Below, piece after piece: positions 1 through 13,010 of a stretch of DNA of 64,000 nt. The notes under the pieces were generated by a model that saw only the letters and a list, made by a program, of their open reading frames with translations, was not told where the DNA came from and searched no databases. A program made the position numbers and the translations under genes. Position 1 is the first letter of the stretch. The number at the start of each line of letters is the position of its first letter. This DNA is from Takakia lepidozioides (lineage: Eukaryota > Plantae > Bryophyta), in contig CM060734.1 in the NCBI GenBank assembly GCA_030704615.1, forward strand, positions 11,594,001 through 11,658,000, in the 5' to 3' direction.

Positions 1-3000
1 GCATATGTGTGGGGGAAAAGAAGCGAAGGGATAGAGTGTGGCTAGATTTCAGGCACAAGATTACTTATGATTCCCTGTGAATCAATAGCTACTAGCAACC
101 TGCATGGGTAGATGGTCAACTGGAAGCTGTAGCAACAACAACACAATAGATAAATTCAGGCACTGCTAATGAAGGCACCTTCTTCAACACATTTCACCCT
201 ATTTTTCCCTCTTATCAGAATTGGCCCTGAATTTTCATGTTGAATTCTGCAAGGTGCTGGTTGAGTAAACCTTTGATAGTTTGGAGTGACTGACTAATAT
301 TGCCAATGTGACAACAGGAAAGTATCCAGAAACAGGTAACAGAGACAATGAGACAAGGAGCTGTGGAATGAATAGTTTTCTGACCCCAGTTAATGGTGGG
401 ACAATTGAGGCAAAAGGTAAATGCCTGTTGGATTACAGAGAGTAGCAAATGCAATTGAGCATAGGAACTAGTGTGATAAGTTGAGTTGGGTGTTTCCTAG
501 AACAATTCTAGGCTTTCATTGTCAGTTGCTAGCACCACAGAAAGGGTGAATGCATGATTTGTGTAGAGGCATGGATAGCTAAAGGAGCAGGGATAGAGTG
601 TGGGTCCAGATTCATCTAAGAGGGCCAGATTTCAAGCTCCACATTACCTGTGATTCCCTGGATCAATAGCTACCAGAAACCTGCATGGGTAGATGGTCAA
701 CTGGCAGCAGCGGCACAATTGATATAATCAGGCACTGCTAATGAAAGCATCTTCTTCATTACATTTCCCTCTTATTAGAATCGGCCCTAACTTTCCATGT
801 TGAATTCTACAAGTTAGCTGGTTGAGTGAATCTAGTTTGGAGTGACTTTGACATGATACTGCCGATGTGACAACAGGAAAGTATCCAGAACTAGGTAACA
901 GAGACGAGGACAAGTTGTGGAATGAATACTTTTCTGACCCCAGTCAATGGTGGGACAATCGAGGCAAGAAGGTGAATGCTTGTTGGATTATAGAGAGTAG
1001 CAGATGCAATTGAGCATAGGAACTAGTGTGATAAGTTGAGTTGGGTGTTTCCTAGAACAAATCTAGGATGTCATCGTCAGCTGCTAGCAGCAAGGCAAGG
1101 ATGTATGCTTGATTTGTGCAAAGGCATGGATAGCTGAAGGAGCAGGGATATGGTGTGGGTCCAGACTCAAGTGTTTCCGCCTTGGCAGGTTGCTCAGTGA
1201 CCTTCCCTGATAGCTTTGGAGTATAGTGAGTGTCTCACAATGCAATGTTGGTTGGTGCATCTTATGCAGGAACTTGGAAAACAAACAAATGTCATTTTTT
1301 GGAGCTTTAGGCTGAACCTCTGTGCTGGGCTGCATTGTGCAACCTGGCCTCTGCCTTAGACTCGGACTCAGATCTTTGATCTCAGACTCAGACTCTTTGA
1401 TGTCAGACTGAAGTGTATTTGGGCACTGAAGCACTTATGTAATTTTGAATTATCGTTGCATCTGTTCATTCTATCTGTTGTTCTGGCCATGCTTAGTCAG
1501 TTCTTCATGTCATGAGCAGGTTGTTGCCGTGATGCTTTGGAATTGTGTTTAGGTGTCTTTAGATCGTGATACTGACCACAAACAACCTATGGTGAACTGT
1601 GGTATCCTCCACATTTATGTGGAATGTCCTACAACGTAGGTCGTAGTATATTTCACACCCGCTATGGTCTTCTCCATAGTTATGTGGAATGACCTACAGT
1701 ATAGGCAGTAAAATACTCCACACCCACACCAAGAGTTGCTCCAAAATACGCCACGTGTTGCCCTGACAAAAATACACGTGGTGCCCATACCGTTGCCCAG
1801 ATGTCGTCAAGCCATGGTGACAGGCTGTCGCATAATTTTCCCATAGGTGTGGACAAGTCCACACCCTTTGTACGTCTAGGATCCACGTGGCGGTGTTTGC
1901 CAAAGCACACATCGCCCGTGGAAAAAGCCATTCACCCCGTGAAAAAAGCCACCTCTGGATTCAGCCACCCGTGGACTTTTCCACAGGGCCACCCGAGAGC
2001 CAGGCCGTCCACGGGGTGTCCGAAAGCACTAGTTGTTTCTTACACCCACGACAGGTGTGGATTGCAGCTGATTCCACAACAAAAAGTGTGGAAAAAGCCG
2101 TGGAAAAAGCCGGTTTCTCTTCTAGTGAGAGGGCCGGATTTCAAGCTTCAGATCACCTATGACTCCCTATGGAAGGATAACTACAAGAAAACCTGCATGG
2201 GTAGATGGTCAACTGGAAGCCGCAGCAGCATTGGCACGATTGATAAAATCAGGCACTGCTCATGAATGCACCTTCTTCAACACGTTTCACCCTGTTTTTC
2301 CCTCTGATCAAAACCAGCCCTAAATGTTGAATTCTGCAAATGAGCTGGTTGAGTGAACCTTAAATAGTTTGGAGTGACTTTGACATGATACTGCCAATGT
2401 GACAACATGATTAGTATCTAGAAACAGGTAACAGAGACGAGGAGAAGCTGTGGAATGAATACTTTTCTGACCCAGTCAACGGTGGGAGAATCGAGCAAAA
2501 AAGTGAATGCCTGTTGGATTACAAAGAGTAACAGATGCAATTGAGCATAGGAACTAGAGTGATAAGTTGAATTGGGTGTTTCCTAGAACAGATGTAGGCT
2601 GTCATTGTCAGCTTCTAGCACCAAGGCAAGGATGTATGCACGATTTGTGCAAAGGCATGGATAGGTGAAGGAGCAGGGATATAGTGTGGGTCCAGATTCA
2701 TCCAAGAGGGCCACATTTCAAGCTCCACATTACCTATGATTCCTTGTGGAAGGATAGCTACAAGAAACCTGCATGGGTAGATGGTCAACTGGAAGCCACA
2801 GCAGTAGCGGCGCCACAATTGATAAAATCAGACACTGCTAGTGAGGGCACCTTTTTCATCACATTTCACCCTATTTTTTCCTCTTATTACAATCCTTCTT
2901 CCATGTTGAATTCTGCAAGTTAGCTGGTTGAGTGAACCTTTGATAGTTTGGAGTGACTTTGACATGATACTGCCAAAGTGACAGTAAAATATCCAGAAAC

Positions 3001-4149
3001 GGGTAACAGAGATGATGAGAAGCTGTGGAATGAGTACTTTTCTGACCCCAGTCAATGGTGGGACAACCGAGGCAAAAAGATAAATGCCTGTATAATTACA
3101 GAGAGTAGCAGACGCAATTCAACATAGGAATGAGTGTGATAAGCTGAGTTGGGTGTTTCCTAGAACAAATGTAGGCTGTCATTGTCAGCTGCTAGCAGCA
3201 AGGCAAAGATGTATGCATGATTTGTGCAGAGGCATGGATGGTTGAAGGAGGAGGGATAGAGTGTGGGTCCAGATTCATCCAAGAGGGCCGGATTTCAACC
3301 TTCGGATTACCTATGATTCCCTGTGGAAGGATAGCTACAACAAACCTGCATGGGAAGATGGTCAACTAGAAGCCGCAGCAGCAGCGGGACAATTGATAAA
3401 ATCGGCAGTTCTAATGAAGGCACATTCTTCAACACATTTCACCCTGTTTTTCCCTCTTATCAGAACCGGCCCTAAATTTCCATGTTGAATTCTTCAAGTT
3501 AGCTGGTTGAGTGAATATAGTTTGGAGTGACTTTGACATGATACTGCCAATGTGACAACAGGAAAATATCGGAAAATAGGTAACAAAGACGAGGAGAAGC
3601 TGGGGAATGAACACGTTTCTGACCCCAGTCAACGGTGGGACAATCGAGACCAAAAGGTGAATGCCTGTTAGATTACAGAGAGTAGCCGACACAATTCAGC
3701 ATAGGAACTAGAGTGATAAGCTAAGTTGGGTGTTTCCTAGAACAACTCTATGCTGTCATTGTCATCTGCTAGCAACAAGTGCAAGGATGAATGCATGATT
3801 TGTGCAGACGTATGGATAGCTGAAGGAGCAGGGATAGAGTGTAGGTCCAGATTCATCCAAGAGGGCCGGATTTCAAGCTCCAGATTACCTATGATTCCAT
3901 GTGGAAGGGAAACATGCATGGGTACATGGTCAACTGGAAGCCACAGCAGCAGCGGCACAATTCATAAAATCAGTCACTGCTAATCAAGGCACCTTCTTCA
4001 ACACACTTCACCCTGTTTTCCCCTCTTATCATAATCGGCCCTAAATTTTCATGTTGAATTCTGCAAGTTAGCTGGGAACCTTTGATAGTTTGGAGCGACT
4101 TTGACATGATACTGCCAAAGTGACAACACAGAAGTATCCAGAAACAGGT
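1..4149 (+). repeat. ~560-580 bp tandem array (6 units visible, runs off the left edge, interrupted at ~1170-2127); each unit encodes one intron-split PDF motif of OSB-type proteins, mostly pseudogenised
   Basis: Unit landmark GGATAGAGTGTGG-like sequence recurs at ~29, 591, 1146, 2677, 3254, 3831. Segment 865-971 translates DVTTGKYPELGNRDEDKLWNEYFSDPSQWWDNRGKK then GT. After ...GGTCCAG the next segment translates IHPRGPDFKLQITYDSLWKDSYKKPAWVDGQL (ORFs 2684, 3261). Joined, this fits the PDF motif consensus LW..FF..P..WWDNR..K.NP..PDFKHK.T...LW.......P.WV..QL. Confidence 0.85.
1170..2127. mobile_element. CACTA (En/Spm) transposon remnant inserted in the PDF array; one terminus visible
   Basis: Ends ...GGTTTCTCTTCTAGTG at 2127 (reverse complement CACTAGAAGAGAAACC), preceded by GTGGAAAAAGCC-type subterminal repeats. 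The array resumes at 2128 (AGAGGGCCGG). Confidence 0.7.
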
Positions 4150-5202
4150 TCCAATCTTGGTCGTTACGGACTCATGGATTTGTGCATTGTATGGGGCAGT
4201 TTTGAGGTGTTATCTTAATACATTGTCACGTGCCCTTGTTCATGCAGTTCATTTGATTTCGTGCATTGATGGCATGGTATGTATGTTCTGAAGTCTGAAT
4301 CACATAGGCAATGACATGATCATCCCCAGTGTACAGGGATTGTGTTGGTTGCAATGCTGTAGTAGATCGATCATAGACTCCGTGTTGCTATTCAGACATA
4401 GTGGAAACAATATTGCACTTGTATGAACTACAAGTCGCAGCCCCCAAGTCAGTGCAACCAGCAGGAGTGCCCGGTTCCCAACCCACAGTCGATGTAGTCA
4501 CTAGTGAGGTAGTGCATTTCAAACCTCCAGTTGCATCTGTCACTTCAACACTCCAGTTGTCGAATCCACTTGCAAATAGTGAAGGCAACCAGCAGACAAC
4601 TCACTGCGCCAGGTGTTGTGGCCTCAGGCCTGCACGTGGCAAGACCCGGGAAGCCACACGTGTCCTTGAAGGTAACCGCTAGTCCAGTCGCTACTACGAG
4701 TCCAGCACTCCGAGACGTAGTTCACAACTTCGTAGTCTGACCGTGCAGTCGTTGAAATGACTTGCTAGTTATTTTTGAATCAGTGGTTAGTGCTCGTGTA
4801 GTACAAGATCGTAACTATTCAGCAACGTGAAGCAATGCGGCTACGGCGCGTGTCCTATCTCCAAGAGAACACGTGGAGTTTTTACACCGAGCCACGCAGT
4901 TGTATTCCCGACGTGCACACAGTGGGGAAGTCGGAACCCGCCGGTCAAAAGTCCACTGTGGTCAAGGTCCAAGATTCAGTCAACGCCGCGCGTGGCGACG
5001 CCACATGGCCACACCTTAAAAATTACCCTACAGTCGGCGTCACGACTGACTGGAACAACTCCGACCACGTAATGACCGGAACAACTGGGCTATCCGATAG
5101 GTCTTGTCCTTTCGGACTCATAGTCACCTAGTCATTTTTTGACTAAAACGACTGGGTTTCCAGTCGTTTTTTGAGTCGTTATTTCGGCAATTCCTTGTAG
5201 TA
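4150..5202. mobile_element. Probable CACTA transposon end (degenerate)
   Basis: Dense GTCG/CGAC/GACT subterminal motifs; ends ...AATTCCTTGTAGTA (reverse complement TACTACAAGGAA, one mismatch to CACTACAAG). Truncates the PDF array at 4149. Confidence 0.5.
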
Positions 5203-5527
5203 CACCGCAGCGCGCCCGCACACCATCGAGCATCTTCATGCTGGTGGTTTTGGTGACGCACCAAGGATGGCCGTCATGTTTCCTATCCATATCTGTCAAC
5301 ATTCCGGACGCCCTTGAATAGTCCGTTCGAGGAGGGAACTCAAAGAAGATATTGCCTTCGACGTCTGCGGGAAGGCATGTCACAGATTTAATTGCAAACT
5401 TGTTGTAGTCCAGCCCAGCCAGCTCCGAGCGGTGTCCCTCCATGTGAAGCCCTCGCAGAATATCAAGAATGGACCGAGTTGCTGAACTCGTGCTGGGAAT
5501 ATGACTCCCTCGTCCGTTGATGTCCAT
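5203..5527 (-). pseudogene. Transposase-like N-terminal fragment (MULE/SWIM-associated type)
   Basis: ORF 5132-5527: LDYNKFAIKSVTCLPADVEGNIFFEFPP...DMDRKHDGHPWCVTKTT resembles plant MULE-associated proteins I recall. Truncated by the CACTA-like end. Confidence 0.4.
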
Positions 5528-6221
5528 TGAGGACGTGTTGCAGGTAACTGGCCTGATGGCAATACAAGGCTAATAATCTTTGGCAAAGGTCCAGTAGAGC
5601 TTACCAACACTGTTTTCCAGGAGGCTTATGCCAGGGTTTGCACATAAACCTCACTATGCTCCGTTCCACACCAGATTCAAGTCTGAAAGAGGCCTGTCAG
5701 TGCCTTATCAGGCTGCCATCTTAGAAATCAAGGCCTCATCTTCCTTAGAACCTGACAGCCACTGAGGCCTTACCCATAAAACTCACCTCCTCTTTAAGGC
5801 CAAAACAGTACCTAGCTTAATAATCCACAGGCACCGCTGTCAAAGATTACAAGACAAGGTAAGGTCCAGATGCTGGGCTTCAAGAGACAGGCCTGCCAGG
5901 CCGAAATGCTCCATCAAAGGCAGCAAAACATAAGTCAAAAGTAAGCATCAGCATGCCAAACCAGGAGCAAGCGGGCCGAAATCGGGGCTGCAGGCAACAG
6001 CCAGGTCAAGACGCCATACACTATAGGCTCCCTTTGCCCACATCCATATCTGCAAGCTCAAGAGAATTCAAAGCAAGTAGGGATCCTCACCTGGTCCCAT
6101 CACAAGCCCCCACAAAAACCAACAGGTTAGTGAGGATTGTGAAACCCCAGGTGAATCATAGACCCCTACACTTGTCATCGATGATGGATTATTTTTTGGA
6201 AGAGGGCTTGGTCCCGGGCAC

Positions 6222-6920
6222 TCAAGATGTTTGTGTGTCCATGTCTTGAATCTGTAATATGGCAGGCCGTTCTTCCATTCCCAAGATTCCTTGCATGATG
6301 CATGTCTTGGGGCAATTATGAATGGTATAGAATGAGGCTGCAATCTGTCTTGTCATGCCCAAGAGGGTTACTTGGTTGCATGTTTGGAAACTGAAAAACT
6401 GCAGGCTGGTCCATCAAGATGCTTGTGTATACATGTCTTGAATCTATAGTATGGCAGGCTGTTCTTAACTACCCAAGGGGCCTTGCATGATGCATGTCTT
6501 GGGGTAATTACAAATGGTAAAGAATGAGGCTGCAATATGCTTTGTCATGCCCAAGAGGGTTATTTGGTTGCATGCTTGGAATTTGCCAAAACTGTAGGCT
6601 GGTCCATCAAGATGCTTGTGTGTACATATCTTGAATATGTAATATGGCAGGTTGTTCTTACTTGCCCAAGATGCCTTGCATGATGCATGTCTTGGGGTAA
6701 TACTAATAAGGTAGGCTGCAAATTATTTTGTCATACCCAAGATGTTTGCTTGAAGGGCATGTCTTGAATCTGTAATATTGCAGGTTGGCTTCACATACAC
6801 AAGATGTTTTGCTCTAGAATGTATGTCTTGTTGTAATTATGATGCCAGGAAAGGGTATGACAGGCTGCAGCAATCTGATTTTTTAGTACACAAGATGTTT
6901 GCTGATATGCTTGTCTTGTT
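6222..6920. repeat. Higher-order tandem repeat: ~192 bp unit made of three ~64 bp subunits
   Basis: CAAGATG(C/T)TTGTGT...CATGTCTTGAATCTGTAATATGGCAGG recurs at ~6223, 6415, 6608 and 6738. Most subunits carry a CAAGA...TCTTG inverted pair. Confidence 0.8.
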
Positions 6921-8102
6921 GTCATGACCTGTACATAAACAAACCCCGCCCTCCCACCCTGTTTTATCATGAATGATTGGGTGAAATCAATTGGGAAGTC
7001 ATGACTAGAATGGAAGTGTTAGATGGTGCCCTGTTTATGGGCTGTTTATGTCTTTAATTGACAATGACGCTAGTAGGGTCTTGTCCATGTCTTGACATGA
7101 CATGAATATCTTCCCACTCTTCCTTTTCCAGTGTACTTGGTGGTTCTTGTACACACCATCTACCACTTTCCTTTCTGGTTATTTCTTCATCGTGTTGATG
7201 TACTAACATGGTTTTTTTCTGGCCTGGCAGAAGGTCCCTCCATGACAAAGATATGGAGCAATGACCTTCATAAGGTATGTCCTCTAGCAAACACTTGTTG
7301 GTGAAATTAAGCACGGAGGTCTTTAAGATAAGCATAGTGCTTTTGAGTGTTGTCTTCATACTGATATATTGAGCTAGGCCCAGGTAAAACCACCTGCAGG
7401 ACTATGTGTACACCTTCTACATGATCTGGTCAATGCACACTACTCGTGTTAGATGGTATCCTGTAGCTGATGCCTTGTATTAGTTTTAGACACTCTTAGG
7501 CTCATATGCCTTCATACCTCTCTACAAGTGGCTTTGCTCTATGTAGCACCACTAAGCAAATATGCATATGTAATATGCTATGTGCTTATCATACCTTTGG
7601 AAAAACTGGCCTTAAAACCAGCATGGTGTATAGATGGGCAGCAAGTTGCTACCATCATGCGTTACACTTGTTTGGAGGGGTTTGTCCCGTGTTCTCTTAT
7701 CCCTGTTTGCTGATCCATGACACCCAATTATTGGTCCTTAAACAAGGAAAGGCGAGGAAGTAGGCCTTTCCAGCCCCTATGGCATAACTATCCAGGGGTT
7801 GGAATCTACTTTGAAGAGGGAGAAACCTTATGAAGGGGTCTGGTATGCACTCCCTTACGGGGTGAGTGCATACCACACTCACTCCATAAGGGATTGCCAT
7901 ACCAGGGACTGGTTGGTGGGTGCCCCCTCTCTCCCTCTGTCTCCCTCCATCCTTGGAATTGGCCGGTTTTATCAGTGTTAATTTCCTGTGTTTTCATCCA
8001 TACCTGATGGACTCTGGCAGTTTTTTCACCCGTCCTATAATGATTTTTCATCCATACCGGATGAACTACCAGGGTGGACACTGAATTACCTCTAAGATGA
8101 GT

Positions 8103-8607
8103 CAAGCTTCTTCAGGGGTTTTTGCGCTTTGGACATGGTAGTTTCCATGGCAAATCTCTTCCACTCAACCAGCCCTGTGCCACATCCCTCAATTTCAACA
8201 GGGCATAGTGGAAGAACCTTAACTCCACATTCTTTGCATTGACCAAACAAACATTTCTTTTTGTGCCACTCATCATCTTCCCCTTTTGGGCATACAATAG
8301 ATTCCCACAATTCTGCCACTCCTTTGTATACCTTGGACTGGGCTGCACATGTTGACTGGTTGGGGTGTAAGCACCCCTTACAATGGCAATTACAAATGTC
8401 TTTCGCATGGAGACCGGAGCTTACCCTCATGTTGTTCAAGCCAAGCCAAAGTTCATTCAGTTCCACATGATAGATGCATGCACAAGTATTTTGATCTTTC
8501 ATTGGTTTCACAAAGAATGGCTTCAAGGCATGGAATGATCGTTGTCCGATGATAGCTGTAGGATCGGTAGCCTTGAATCTGAGGTAGAACTCATTCTGCA
8601 TATACAA
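8103..8607 (-). pseudogene. Cys-rich DNA transposase fragment (Sola-like)
   Basis: IGQRSFHALKPFFVKPMKDQNTCACIYHVEL...CNCHCKGC...LWESIVCPK...CLFGQCKECG: F..LKP..V...C.C..H plus CxxC pattern typical of Sola-type transposase N-termini. No DDE core in view. Confidence 0.5.
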
Positions 8608-8699
8608 CCCCAGAAGTCAAAATGTTAGATTTAGTCAACTGGCAGAAGTGTGAACATGGAGTACACAAGAACTGAAATGGAAATGCCTAAAGTAAACAT

Positions 8700-9060
8700 A
8701 AGAGTACCTGAAGTATCATAGAGTACATACCCGTCCTGGAAGTGTACATGGACTACACAACAACTCATGTGAAAGTGAGTAAAGTACATAAGTATCCATC
8801 TTCAAGTACCATAGAGTACATAACCTTCTACATTCACACCATAGACTACACAACAACTGATGTAAGAATGGATAGAGTCCATAGACACTCCCCTTCGAGT
8901 ACACAGGACTGCAGTCATTCCCACGGGAAGTCCTCACAGTACATAAGCATCCACCTTGAAGTACCACAAGGTACATAACCTTCCCCGTTCGCACCATATA
9001 GTACAGAAGGACTGGTGTAAGAATTCACAGAGTACATAGACAGGTGGCATGTTCCCATAT
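8700..9060. repeat. Degenerate short tandem repeat (~33-35 bp, GAAGTACCATAGAGTACATA-like)
   Basis: Motif variants recur through 8700-9040. Confidence 0.5.
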
Positions 9061-9519
9061 ATGAACTGAAATAGAAAGAAGAGAAAGGGCCATCCAGAAG
9101 CAGCCCAAAAGCAATCACACAGCTGGACTATACTCATTCCCACCAGAAAACAATAAAGAAGAAAGACAAGGGGCCACACAATAGGAAAAAAAAACAAAAG
9201 AGAAAGGGCCATACAGCCCAGATTCCAGAAGGGGCACACCATTCTGCCACGCAAGTCCAACACCATGGCATTACAATCAGACCATCTATCAATCTTATCT
9301 TGTCCTCTCTTAGCTCAGACCAGAGACGTAACAAACTGAGGATGAAGTGGGAGAAATCACAATCATCCTAGTGGGTGGTAGCAGAAGACTGACTTGCTGT
9401 CATCCATGGGGCCTACTATCAAACATTTGACATAGGGCTGATTAACCAAAGGAAACAAGTTGAAGTGGGACAAGTCCCTCAAGCAAATGGCATTCACATT
9501 TGTGCTGGGCAGGAGACAT

Positions 9520-12414
9520 GGGGAACTTCACCAAGGCAATCCCAGAGGCAACTTTCAGGGTAATCCAAGGGGGAATTACCAGCCAGGGAATCATGATTAT
9601 AGAAATAATCCCATAATGGACCAAGGGCGGGGACCCAATGGTGAAGAACTGTGTTACTATTGTAACCAATTAGGACATTGCAAGGCAGCCTGTCCATTCT
9701 GGATCAGACACCAGAATGAGATGAGAGCTCCTATGAATGAAGGCCCAGTAGTGGCAGCTCACATGGTTATGCCATGTTTTGTACCAGAAGTGAGTACAAT
9801 GATAGTTACCAGAAGCAAAGCTAAACTATTACCTCCAGTGGATGAGGAAGAAGATGAGAATGAGGATGGCAGTGATGTGCCGGAAGATGATGAGGCTTGG
9901 AGAGATCAGAAGGAACTGCACAAGGAAGTGGTAGATACCATAAGGGAAATGCAGAAGGATACTGATATCCCTATGGCGGATTCATCTGACTCTGAAAGAG
10001 AAGATGAAGATGAGGAAATGAGGAAGCAAGATGTTTCACAGATGCAGAATACTGAAGGGACTTTGGCTGAAGTGATATGCCAGTCCAAAGCAGAGATTAC
10101 AATTGGGCAGCTATTGGTTGTGGCACCCCACTGTAAACACAGGCTGTATGAGGCAATTAATCAGATTGCTCATGGGACAAAAGATACAGACCTGACCTGT
10201 AAGGTGACAAGTTTTAATGTGCAGCCCAAAGGACGAGAAACTGTCATGGACTTTGATGATTCCATGCCAGTAATCCAATTGAGAATTGGAAGCACAGACC
10301 TGACTGATGTACTGATTGATGGAGGCTCAGGAATGAATATCATGACAGACCAGATAAGGCAGAAGCTTAGTTTGAGTAACATGAAACCATCCCCATTCAC
10401 AGTAACAATGGAAGATCAAAGCAGTGTACAGCCATTGGGCTTGATAAGAGGAGTAAGAATACAGATTCAGAAGTTGGTCTTTAAGATCACTGTGACTGTA
10501 TTGAAAATGGATGATGTCATGGAAGCTTATTCCTTATTGTTAGGATGACCATGGCTGAAACAGGCCAAGGTATTCCATGACTGGAATACTCAAATTCTAA
10601 TTGTGCGCAAGGATAAGCACAAAATACAAATTTCAACTAAGAAGTCAGGTAGACTACCTGCTACCAGGAGACCTCGTGGAGTCAGGGAGTATGACTGGAG
10701 AGGAGGACTTAATGAAGAGCAGGAGGCTACTCTGTTTGCTACACACCTAGAGTGGGAGCAGGTTGCAGAAATGCTGGGAGGACTAAGTTGTTTCAAAGGT
10801 ATATGCTGTGGTGTAGTAACAGCCACACCAATTGAGGGGGAAACAAGCAGTTACCCACCACATTCCTATGAAGAAAGAGAGGGAGAAATAGAAATCCTAG
10901 AGGAACCAGCCACTGTGAGTTTGTAGGACAAAGTAGTGGCTGGATGGACAATCACAGCTGAAGAGCAGGTGAGAGAAGTGAATGTGAGAATTGAGGAGGA
11001 ACCAAGAATGGTAAAAGTTGGGGCTGACTTGTAACCTGAATTCTTTGAGGAAGCTAAGAGCTTATTTATCAAATACAAAGATGTATTTGCTTGGAGCTAT
11101 GAAGATATGAAAGGGATACCCCCTGAGCATAAGATTGAGTTGGAACCAGGTTCAGTACCAATCAAGCAGGCAAGATACAAGATAAATCTCTATGCACAGA
11201 AGGTTGGGGAAGAGATAAAGAAGTTGGCTGAGGCTAAGTTTATATACCCGATAGAGTACACCACTTGGCTAGATCACCTATCCTGATAGTTCCCAAGAAG
11301 AATGGCAAACTGAGAGTTTGTGTGAACTACAAGAAGCTAAATGATTATACAAAGAAGGATCCATTTCCTTTGTCATTCACAGAAGCTGTACTAGATACTG
11401 TAGCAGGCCATGAGATGTACTCATTCATGGATGGCTTCAGTGGGAATAACCAAGTACAAGTAGCTAAAGAGGATCAGGGAAAGACAGCTTTCATCACTGA
11501 CTGGGGTGCTTATGCATACAAAGTCATGCCTTTTGGACTTTGTAATGCACCAACAACTTTCCAGAGAGTGATAAGTGAATCTTTCCATGAGTACTTGGAT
11601 GATTTCATGCAAGTGTTCTTAGATGACTTCGGTGTTTACAGCTCTAAGAATGAGCACTTGCAGAAGTTGGAGTTATGTTTGGCCAGATGTAGGATGAGAG
11701 GTCTTGGGCTGAATCTAGAAAAATGTACTTTTTGTGTGAACTCAAGAGTTCTTTTGGGACACATTGTGTGTCAGAAAGGGTTGCTTGTAGATCCTAGAAA
11801 GACTGAGGTTATTAAGGCCTCTCCACCACCAAGTAACGTTAAGGCTCTGAGGAGGATCCTTGGACAAACCAGTTATTACAGAAGGTTTGTCAGACGATAT
11901 GCACAGAAGGCAACACCATTGAGCAAGCTCTTGAAAAAGGATGCAGGGGGGTAGCTATGGAGAAGGGGCAGTACAGGAAGGAGAGCAGGTGGAGGAGGAG
12001 ACAATGGAGTGTAGTTTGATGTTTGCAAGCTGTAGAGATGTCATCGTAGTGTAGACTTAGTGATACGAAAGGCCTCGGCCTAACTCAGGACACTGATATT
12101 AATGCAGATTCTCATTCCATATACGCACGTGTAGAGAGACCAGAATGAAGTGGTGGAATGCTTAGATAGAGGTAGAGAAATGAACTGGCAGGTTGCATGA
12201 GCAACCAGTAACATAACTTTAAGCATTAAAGACTTGAGCCTCTCATCATGAGTGTAATCAAAGTATAGGGAAGAAGAACATCCCCATGATACACTAGGTG
12301 TAGGTCATGACAGATTATTCTGAGCGGGCTGAGTACTTAGAGATTTCTAACTCTTCTACCCTAGAGTTTCCACCCCGGATAGCTAAGGGATGGGTGAGTA
12401 AAAGCCATTCAATA
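9520..12414 (+). mobile_element. Ty3/Gypsy family 1, internally deleted copy: gag end, protease, RT, fused to the distal part of an LTR
   Basis: CYYCNQLGHCKAAC knuckle; LIDGGSG protease; RT motifs KLRVCVNYKKLN, FMDGFSG, MPFGLCNAP, FLDDF. Pol breaks at ~11945. 12290-12414 matches the LTR ends at 23733 and 37166. Confidence 0.9.
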
Positions 12415-12870
12415 GTTGTGTGGAACAACTGCTTCTTCAAGGAGTTTGAAAGGGACAAAGGGATTCTGAGGTCGAAAGAATTCAAAAACCAATACAACAG
12501 TGAGCAAGCAATGAAGCGAGTCTTGTACAGGTATAGACCCCGCAATATGCAGTGGATTCATTCGCCTATGTTTCATTATGTATGTGTGTTTCAAGGTTGC
12601 GTCAACGCAAGGTTGAATGTTGGTTGCCCTGGACAGGATTTTGTTTCATTTCATCTTGATTGAATAGGAACTTGGTCTGACGTGAGGCAATTTTGATTTC
12701 ACTTTCTGTTTGCTCTTATCAACCTTGCTTCAACGCAAGGTTGGATTCCGGTTGCCTTGGTGAGTATTTCATGATACGGCTGGAATTGCCAAAGACTGGA
12801 GCAGGGCGCACTTCAAAGACTGCAGGTGGTACCTTGATCTGCCCAAACAAGACACACCATTCGATGAGGC
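12415..12870 (+). pseudogene. Ulp1-like (C48) protease fragment
   Basis: VVWNNCFFKEF...MQWIHSPM, then ...RWYLDLPKQDTPFD (resembles the P.Q...DCG motif, catalytic Cys missing); stops and probable introns. Confidence 0.4.
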
Positions 12871-13010
12871 GGTGTTGAGGAACCTGAACGACAATGCCGC
12901 GGCACTTGCCCCGCGCACTGACAAAGACATTTAGGAGAGAATCATTCAAGCTTTGAACGCAAAAGAGCATGAGAAATCGTCCACTCCAAAACGAAAAGGT
13001 CGAATGATGT

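Noticed and set aside
215-3983. Minus-strand ORFs in the tandem array
   Set aside because: Shadow frames of the + strand PDF modules; not consistently open between units.
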